A DNA stretch of 12,406 nucleotides from the NCBI GenBank assembly GCA_051117555.1, contig JBNPEG010000019.1, forward strand, positions 1-12,406, given 5' to 3'. The position numbers and the translations under genes were made by a program. This stretch comes from Elainellaceae cyanobacterium. Its GTDB lineage: Bacteria; Cyanobacteriota; Cyanobacteriia; CAZCXK01. How positions within the stretch are numbered: position 1 is the first letter of the stretch; every line of letters starts with the position of its first letter. Shown here piece after piece: positions 6,334 to 12,406 of the stretch. The notes beneath the pieces are model-generated. The model saw only the letters and a list, made by a program, of their open reading frames with translations. It did not search any database and had not been told where the DNA came from.

Positions 6334-6341
6334 CTGCCCCC

Positions 6342-8216
6342 ATGCTGTCTCAATTCACTCAAGATCTCACGCTAGTTGATCTACTGCGCGATCGCGCTCA
6401 AGGCCAGCCCCAGAAAACAGCCTATACGTTTCTCAAAGATGGGGAAACTCTCCACAGCATTCCCTATCATGAGCTAGATCACCGCGCCCGGGCGATCGCC
6501 ACCCATCTCAATGCGACCCTTTCCCAGGGCGATCGCGCGCTGTTGGTTTATCCCTACGATGCTGGCATCGAATTTATCACCGCCTTTTTGGGCTGTTTAT
6601 ATGCCGGAATTATTGCGGTGCCTAGTCACGCGCCCCGTAATCGCTATGCATTCTCCGATTTATCAGGGCGACTCGTATCATCAGGAGCACGCGCCGTCCT
6701 CACGCCAGGCTCTCTGCAAGCAAAACTCAGACAGCAGTTTGGCGATGCCGATATTGCAGCCTCGCTCAAAGACGTGCACTGGATTGTCGCGGATGCCGTT
6801 CCCGACGATGCCGCATCCCAGTGGATAGATCCCAACATAGGCATGGATGACTTGGCGTTTTTGCAATATACCTCTGGGTCGACGGGCACCCCCAAAGGAG
6901 TGATGATTACTCACCAGTGCCTTCTGCACAATCAGCGTGTGTTACAGATGGCGTTTGGGCACACCGACGCGTCGATTGGGGTTGGCTGGTTGCCCATGTT
7001 TCACGACATGGGGTTGATTGGCAATGTGCTCCAAGCTCTATATCTGGGGACCTCCTGCATTTTGATGTCTCCCATTGCATTCATCCAAAAACCGATTCGA
7101 TGGCTACAGGTCATTTCAAACTATCGAGCCACCACCAGCGGAGGTCCCAATTTTGCCTACGATTTGCTCTGCCGTCAGGTGAGCGATCGCCAGCGTTCAC
7201 AGCTCGACCTCAGCAGTTGGGAGGTAGCCTTTTCAGGAGCCGAACCGATTCGGGCAGAAACTCTGAATCGATTTGCGGCTAAGTTTGCTCCGTGCGGCTT
7301 CCGGCGGGAGGCATTTTATCCGTGTTACGGCATGGCAGAAGCCACCTTATTTATTGCGGGCGGAAAAAAGACGCGCCCACCCCGGATCTGCCATATTGAC
7401 GAGGGCGCGTTAGAAAAAGATCGAGCCATAGTGACAAAGGCATCCCATCCTCGAAGTCGCGCTATCGTCAGTTGTGGACACCCCTGGCTTGATAGCAAGC
7501 TGGCGATCGCCCATCCCGAAACGTTAGCACAGTGCGCTCCGGGGCAGGTTGGCGAAATTTGGGTCTCTGGTTCAGGCGTGGCACACGGGTATTGGAATCA
7601 GCCGGAGCTAACGCAGCAAACCTTTCAAGCCCACTTAAAGGACACCCTCAATGACACCCTTGACGACACGCTAGACACCCCCTTTCTGAGAACAGGTGAT
7701 TTAGGGTTTATCAATGACGGTGAACTGTTTATTACGGGTCGACTGCATGATGCTTTAGTATTCTGGGGGCTCAACCATTATCCAGATCACATCGAACAAA
7801 CCGTCGAAGCCTGCCATCCTGGATTTCATGCCAATAGTGGAGCTGCCTTTGCGATTACAGTTAATGGCGACGACCGGCTTGTCGTCGTTCAAGAAGTCAA
7901 ACGAGAGGAGCGCAACCGAATAAGGGCGGCTGATGTGGCAGACATTATTAGCTGGAATATCTTTGACCAGCATTTCATTGATGTCTATGGCATCGTCTTG
8001 CTCAAGCCGGGCGGTATTCCCAAAACGCCGAGTGGCAAGATTCAGCGTCGTGCCTGCCGAGACAAGTATTTGAATGGAGAGTTAGATATCCTGGACGAAT
8101 GGCGATCGCCCCTAGATACGCCCTGTGACATCTCGTCGATGGTCAGACGGTATATGAATCCAATGATTCACCTCAGGCGCCATTGGGCTATTCTGAAGCA
8201 GCGCTACCGATGGTAA
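6342..8216 (+). CDS. Fatty acyl-AMP ligase (FAAL), stand-alone, 624 aa
   Basis: LAFLQYTSGSTGTPKGV, WLPMFHDMGLIG, YGMAEATL, FAAL-type insertion before VSCG, FLRTGDLGF and PKTPSGKIQR. Starts 8 bp after the methyltransferase stop, so the two are probably co-transcribed. Confidence 0.92.
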   Translation: MLSQFTQDLTLVDLLRDRAQGQPQKTAYTFLKDGETLHSIPYHELDHRARAIATHLNATLSQGDRALLVYPYDAGIEFITAFLGCLYAGIIAVPSHAPRNRYAFSDLSGRLVSSGARAVLTPGSLQAKLRQQFGDADIAASLKDVHWIVADAVPDDAASQWIDPNIGMDDLAFLQYTSGSTGTPKGVMITHQCLLHNQRVLQMAFGHTDASIGVGWLPMFHDMGLIGNVLQALYLGTSCILMSPIAFIQKPIRWLQVISNYRATTSGGPNFAYDLLCRQVSDRQRSQLDLSSWEVAFSGAEPIRAETLNRFAAKFAPCGFRREAFYPCYGMAEATLFIAGGKKTRPPRICHIDEGALEKDRAIVTKASHPRSRAIVSCGHPWLDSKLAIAHPETLAQCAPGQVGEIWVSGSGVAHGYWNQPELTQQTFQAHLKDTLNDTLDDTLDTPFLRTGDLGFINDGELFITGRLHDALVFWGLNHYPDHIEQTVEACHPGFHANSGAAFAITVNGDDRLVVVQEVKREERNRIRAADVADIISWNIFDQHFIDVYGIVLLKPGGIPKTPSGKIQRRACRDKYLNGELDILDEWRSPLDTPCDISSMVRRYMNPMIHLRRHWAILKQRYRW

Positions 8217-8263
8217 AACCCGTTCTCGATTTTGGATTTTGGATTTTGGATTTTGGATTGGTA
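8217..8263. mobile_element. 47-bp minimal relative of the 101-bp MITE, filled with a GATTTTG heptamer run
   Basis: TAA-AACCCGTTCTC-(GATTTTG)4-GATTGGTA-TAA. The left TAA (8214-8216) is the FAAL stop codon and the right TAA is at 8264-8266. Ends resemble TACCAATTCTCGATTTTGG / ATTGGTA of the MITE. Confidence 0.6.
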
Positions 8264-8279
8264 TAAGACCTATCCACCT

Positions 8280-11200
8280 TTATTTCGACGAACATAGGTG
8301 TTTTCTCTCCCCTCCTATGTCCTCATGCCGAGTGACCTCACGAGACGGCGCGATCGCCCCTAGCGCAATCAGGGCAGATTGCTGAACATCCGTGAGCCCT
8401 TGAATTCCTGATATAGTCGTGCCTGCATAAATCTTATCGGCACTGAGAATAGTCCGGCAGTTGCCCGTAGGGAGATGCCACAGTCGAACGGTTTCATCTT
8501 GGCTGCCGCTAATCACCGTTCTACCATCCCCGCTAAAGGCGACCGACCATGCCAGGTTGGTATGTCCGTGCAGGTTCCGGTAGCAGGTGCCTGTTTCAAT
8601 GTCCCAGATCTTCACGGTGCGATCGCTGCTGGCACTGGCAATCTTGCGGCCATTGGGGCTAAAGGCAACTGACCACACCCGGCTGGTGTGTCCATAAAAT
8701 GTTTGCACACATGATGCTTGATTGATATCCCAAAGCTTCACAGTATGGTCGCCACTTCCGGTCGCAATCAGTTGACCATCTGGGCTAAACGCCACTGCCC
8801 ATACCCATGCATCATGTCCCTTCAGTGTGCGCACACATCGGTTTGTCCTCAGATCCCAAATCTTTGCGGTTTGGTCATAACTGCCCGTCACGAGGTGGTG
8901 TCCCGTTGGGCTAAACGCGACGGAGCAGACCCAACTCGTATGTCCTCGCAGCGTCGTCGTACATTGCCCTGATTCGATATCCCAAAGCTTGACTGTGCTA
9001 TCTTCGCTACTGCTTGCAAGGGTTTTTCCATCGGGGCCGAATGCAACTGACCAGACGCGGCTGGTATGCCCACAAAACGTCTGCACGCATTCTCCCGTCT
9101 CAATATTCCATAGCTTTACGGTTTGGTCGTCGCTGCCGCTGGCAAGGAGATGAGATCGAACTGCCACAGAACAAACCGAGCTTGTATGCCCGCGAAGAAC
9201 TCGATAGGGGCGATCGCTCGAATACCTACCAATTTTCCACACCGTAATGGTGGCGCCGTCATTGCCGCTGGCGATGATTGAATCTGCTCTCCACCGGGTC
9301 GTAGCCTGTTGGGAATCTACCGCGACCGCCCAAACCCGATTGGTATATCCGTGCAAGGTTCTACTACATTGGCGATCGCAAACATTCCAAAGTTTAACGG
9401 TATGATCTCCACTACTGCTGGCAAGGCTGTGCCCATCTGGGCTAAAGGCCACCGATCGAATCCAATTGGTGTGTCCATGCAAGGTGGATAAACACGTTCC
9501 AGACTCGATATCCCATAGCTTTATCGTTTTGTCTTCGCTGCCGCTGGCGAGAATCTTGCCATCGGGGCTCAAGGCGATCGCGCGAATCCAGTTGGTGTGG
9601 CCATGCAACGTTTGGGAACAGGTGCCTGTCTTGATATTCCAAATTTTCACAGTGCGATCGCTACTGCTGCTGGCAATGTGCTCACCGTCCATACTGACAG
9701 CCACTGACCAGACCCGATCGGTATGCCCTGAGAGCGTTTGATCGCAGTTGCCCGTTGCCAAATTCCATACTTTAATAGTTCGATCCTCGCTGCCGCTGAT
9801 GAGAGTCATTCCATCGGGGCATAGGGCGATCGCGCGAACCCAGCCCCCATGACCGGTTAGGGTGCGTTGACATCTCCCCGTCATCAGATCCCACTCCTTG
9901 ATGGTGTAGTCTTCAGAACTACTTAACAGGGTGTTGCCGTCCGCACTAAACACCAGAGATGACACGTGCCCGACATGCCCCTCCAAGGTCTGTTCACATT
10001 GCCCCGTCCGCATATTCCAAACTTTAATCGTCTGATCGTCACCGCCGCTCGCCACGCGAGTGCCGTCGGGACTCACCGCTATAGCCCAAATCCAACCGTC
10101 ATGTCTCTTACAGATGTGCTGCAACTGCCCCGTCAATCGGTTCCAAATCCGCACCTGACCCTCGGCATCTCCGGTCACTAAATGCTGACCATCCGGGCTA
10201 AAGGCGATCGCCAGCGGCACTCCAAAGCTTTCCGTGAATGCAGATTGAGAAACGTAAGCATGCGACAGATTGACGCGATGAAGTTCACCGCGCAAGTCTG
10301 CCTGTCGAAGCGCGAGATGAGACAGGTCATAGCCATCGAAGCACGCTCCAAGCTGTCGCAAGAGGTTAACGAGATTGCCTCCGGCATAGCCCACATCATG
10401 AGGTGCCTTTCCTCGAAAGCTCACCAGCACTTCTACTAACCGCTGTTCAACACGGGTAGATGCTCCCAAAATCGCGCGGAGCTGATTGAGAATAGGCTGA
10501 GCAATCAAGACGGCTTGTGTGTCTCGGATATAATCGGGAGCTTGCGCTTTTAAGACGGCGTAGCGAGAAATAGATCGAGTCGCAAGACGGGATGGCCGGT
10601 GAGGCGATCGCGCTCGTGGATAACTCTCATCAGCGTTCTGAATTCCGGTATTCAGACTCTTGGGCGACTGAACGACGGATAGAAACCCTAACAGTTGCAT
10701 CACATCTTGCGTAATCTGTTTGATGAGTCGGTGCGTCACATAATCCATTACGATGGACTGCTGAGTATATCGGCATCCATTAGCATTGGCAAATGTCTCA
10801 ATCAGCGAACGGCGTTGGAGGGAGGCGATCGCCTGAATGATCTCTCCAGTAGAAACAGGATGAACCACATCATCGACAAGTTCCACGAGTGAAACAGGCT
10901 CTCGATTGATGGCGAGCCAATGCATCACCGTTTGTTCCAGCTCACTGAGCCGATAAAACTGCTGATCAAGCACGTCACGAATATCGTCAAAAACAACGAT
11001 ACCTTTTTCTAAAAAGCCTAAGAAATGTGAAATATCGCCATCAAATGAGTCACAAATGGTAGGCGCAATCAGTTTGAGAGCAAGGGGATTGCCGCCATAA
11101 TAGTTGACCAATTGAGCAAAATCAGCATCGTCCCCGTGAACATTTGCATGATGAGAAATGACCTGCTGACCCGCAGCAGCAGAAAGTGGGTCAACGGATA

Positions 11201-12068
11201 AACAGTGCATATTGGGCAGACTGCTTAACCTGCTGGGCTGCTCTCGCGAGGTCAACATCAGGCAACTTTGATGCGATGATTCTCCGATGTAAGTAAACAG
11301 TTGCTCGTATTTCTCATATCCGTCACGATAGTTGCCCGCGCGATCGCCCGGTTTTAATATAGATTCGACATTATCAAACACCAACAAACATCGCTGTTCT
11401 CGTAAATGATGAAGTAGTACAGGCAGGCATCCATCAAGAATATTGGGCAGTGTAAGCTGCTGAGCTGACAAGTGCTGTGTAATATCAACCACCAGTGTTT
11501 CAACAGCAGGTGCGTTGCGAAGATTGCGCCAGATGATCCGGTCAAAATCATGCTGGTGCAGTCGGGAAAACCAGGCTGCGAGAGAGGTCTTTCCCATACC
11601 CCCCATCCCTATTATGCTGACCATGCAACCGCTTGGATGAGGGCTTTCTGTACTGCCAAAGATCCACTGTTCAAGGGTCGCTAGTTCATTCTGTCGACCG
11701 TAGATGCTATCGGTTGTAGGCTCATCGCCCCAATCAGGTGGGCAAGTCTTGCAACGTGGATCAGAATCGGGGCGATCGCGAGCCACTGAGGACGGCTTGT
11801 CGGCATGCAGATGAGACGAGAGACGAGGCGATATCTCATCGTCGCAGCCTCCCGCAGATACGGTTCTCCAATCGACATGAACGGCATCGCAGATCGCGAT
11901 AAAAATCTCGCGTCGAATTGGCTGACCCGCCCAAAATCGACTCAGGGTTGCCCGCGACGTAAACGCTGCTTCGCACCAAATTGAAGCTGTTTTATTCCAG
12001 TTTTTGTGTCGTCGCGCCTGATCGACCCGATGTAGTCCTGGTTGAGATGCACATACAGAATCAACCAT
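8280..12068 (-). CDS. STAND NTPase: N-terminal HTH-like domain, NB-ARC, pentapeptide repeats and 14 WD40 repeats, 1262 aa
   Basis: DWG...YGRQNEL, Walker A GMGGMGKT (11609-11586), Walker B LLVFDNVE, LTSRE, GNPLAL, DLSHLALRQADL, and 14 counted GH...W(D/N) repeats. GGAGG lies 9 nt before ATG 12068. Confidence 0.93.
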   Translation of the reverse strand: MVDSVCASQPGLHRVDQARRHKNWNKTASIWCEAAFTSRATLSRFWAGQPIRREIFIAICDAVHVDWRTVSAGGCDDEISPRLSSHLHADKPSSVARDRPDSDPRCKTCPPDWGDEPTTDSIYGRQNELATLEQWIFGSTESPHPSGCMVSIIGMGGMGKTSLAAWFSRLHQHDFDRIIWRNLRNAPAVETLVVDITQHLSAQQLTLPNILDGCLPVLLHHLREQRCLLVFDNVESILKPGDRAGNYRDGYEKYEQLFTYIGESSHQSCLMLTSREQPSRLSSLPNMHCLSVDPLSAAAGQQVISHHANVHGDDADFAQLVNYYGGNPLALKLIAPTICDSFDGDISHFLGFLEKGIVVFDDIRDVLDQQFYRLSELEQTVMHWLAINREPVSLVELVDDVVHPVSTGEIIQAIASLQRRSLIETFANANGCRYTQQSIVMDYVTHRLIKQITQDVMQLLGFLSVVQSPKSLNTGIQNADESYPRARSPHRPSRLATRSISRYAVLKAQAPDYIRDTQAVLIAQPILNQLRAILGASTRVEQRLVEVLVSFRGKAPHDVGYAGGNLVNLLRQLGACFDGYDLSHLALRQADLRGELHRVNLSHAYVSQSAFTESFGVPLAIAFSPDGQHLVTGDAEGQVRIWNRLTGQLQHICKRHDGWIWAIAVSPDGTRVASGGDDQTIKVWNMRTGQCEQTLEGHVGHVSSLVFSADGNTLLSSSEDYTIKEWDLMTGRCQRTLTGHGGWVRAIALCPDGMTLISGSEDRTIKVWNLATGNCDQTLSGHTDRVWSVAVSMDGEHIASSSSDRTVKIWNIKTGTCSQTLHGHTNWIRAIALSPDGKILASGSEDKTIKLWDIESGTCLSTLHGHTNWIRSVAFSPDGHSLASSSGDHTVKLWNVCDRQCSRTLHGYTNRVWAVAVDSQQATTRWRADSIIASGNDGATITVWKIGRYSSDRPYRVLRGHTSSVCSVAVRSHLLASGSDDQTVKLWNIETGECVQTFCGHTSRVWSVAFGPDGKTLASSSEDSTVKLWDIESGQCTTTLRGHTSWVCSVAFSPTGHHLVTGSYDQTAKIWDLRTNRCVRTLKGHDAWVWAVAFSPDGQLIATGSGDHTVKLWDINQASCVQTFYGHTSRVWSVAFSPNGRKIASASSDRTVKIWDIETGTCYRNLHGHTNLAWSVAFSGDGRTVISGSQDETVRLWHLPTGNCRTILSADKIYAGTTISGIQGLTDVQQSALIALGAIAPSREVTRHEDIGGERKHLCSSK

Positions 12069-12124
12069 TGATTCATGCCTCCAAGATAGACATTTCCGAG
12101 GGCACTTTATTATGGGCGCGCGAC

Positions 12125-12186
12125 CTGAGAAATGCCTGCCGGTTTCCTGAGAAAACTGGGAAAGAACTCTGAGAATCTTCTCAGGA
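12125..12186. promoter_or_regulatory. Phased CTGAGAA repeat array upstream of the STAND gene (putative operator)
   Basis: CTGAGAA at 12125, 12147 and 12169 (exact 22-bp period), variant CTGGGAA at 12156, inverted TTCTCAG at 12178-12184. Confidence 0.55.
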
Positions 12187-12288
12187 TGCGGATTAGGTGA
12201 TCGATTAAACGAAGCTCGACTTTATCCATGTGTGACATCGACCCCGTCTATTCCGCCCGCAGCAGCACGGTTGTTATGCCTAGTAGAA

Positions 12289-12393
12289 GTAGGGTGTGTT
12301 GCTGTTAGGCAAACGCACCGTCTCATCATGTTCGATTGTTCAGCAACCGTTTTGATTGTTTAAGCTTAAAGGTGCGTCATTGACACACCCTAC
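12289..12393. repeat. REP doublet (REPIN-like) element
   Basis: Outer IR GTAGGGTGTGT/ACACACCCTAC. Inner IR ACGCACC(12313-12319)/GGTGCGT(12371-12377). GTAG end typical of REP families. Confidence 0.75.
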
Positions 12394-12406
12394 AAGATGG
12401 CGATCG

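Larger units (their letters stand above)
298..11779. repeat. HIP1 octamer GCGATCGC, ~30 dispersed copies
   Basis: Manual count: 4 before base 3700 and 26 after, plus one truncated at the window end. Established cyanobacterial signature. Confidence 0.95.

Noticed and set aside
8440..10230. Diversity-generating retroelement or near-identical hypervariable WD40 array
   Set aside because: Repeats are clearly diverged at DNA level, with no adenine-specific TR/VR pair and no reverse transcriptase in the window.
3227..12172. The many 60-121 aa ORFs overlapping the large CDSs
   Set aside because: Shadow frames or antisense of well-supported genes, with no motifs of their own.

Overview
Cyanobacterial DNA: I counted about 30 HIP1 GCGATCGC octamers, and STRR-type GATTTTG heptamers and REP-like palindromes are present. 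From left to right: (1) the 3' end of an ISAzo13-like transposase; (2) a minus-strand CHAT (caspase-like) + TIR gene; (3) an ~850-bp mosaic of MITE/REP-like elements; (4) a secreted 7-repeat FG-GAP beta-propeller gene lying between two inverted copies of a 101-bp MITE; (5) a GT-C-like multipass membrane protein divergent from a SAM methyltransferase + fatty acyl-AMP ligase (FAAL) pair; (6) a convergent HTH-NB-ARC-pentapeptide-14xWD40 STAND gene with a phased CTGAGAA repeat array upstream. The most striking signal is at the end of the CHAT-TIR gene. It terminates on an in-phase A_AAA_AAG slippery heptamer directly before its stop codon, followed 7-8 nt later by a stem-loop with pseudoknot/kissing-loop potential. 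The -1 frame continues into a linker ending in SPFITG, which resembles the start of STAND/AAA ATPase domains, and is cut off next to the IS end. This suggests a programmed -1 frameshift yielding both a free CHAT-TIR effector and an effector-ATPase fusion. All protein calls are motif recognition by eye; no searches were run.
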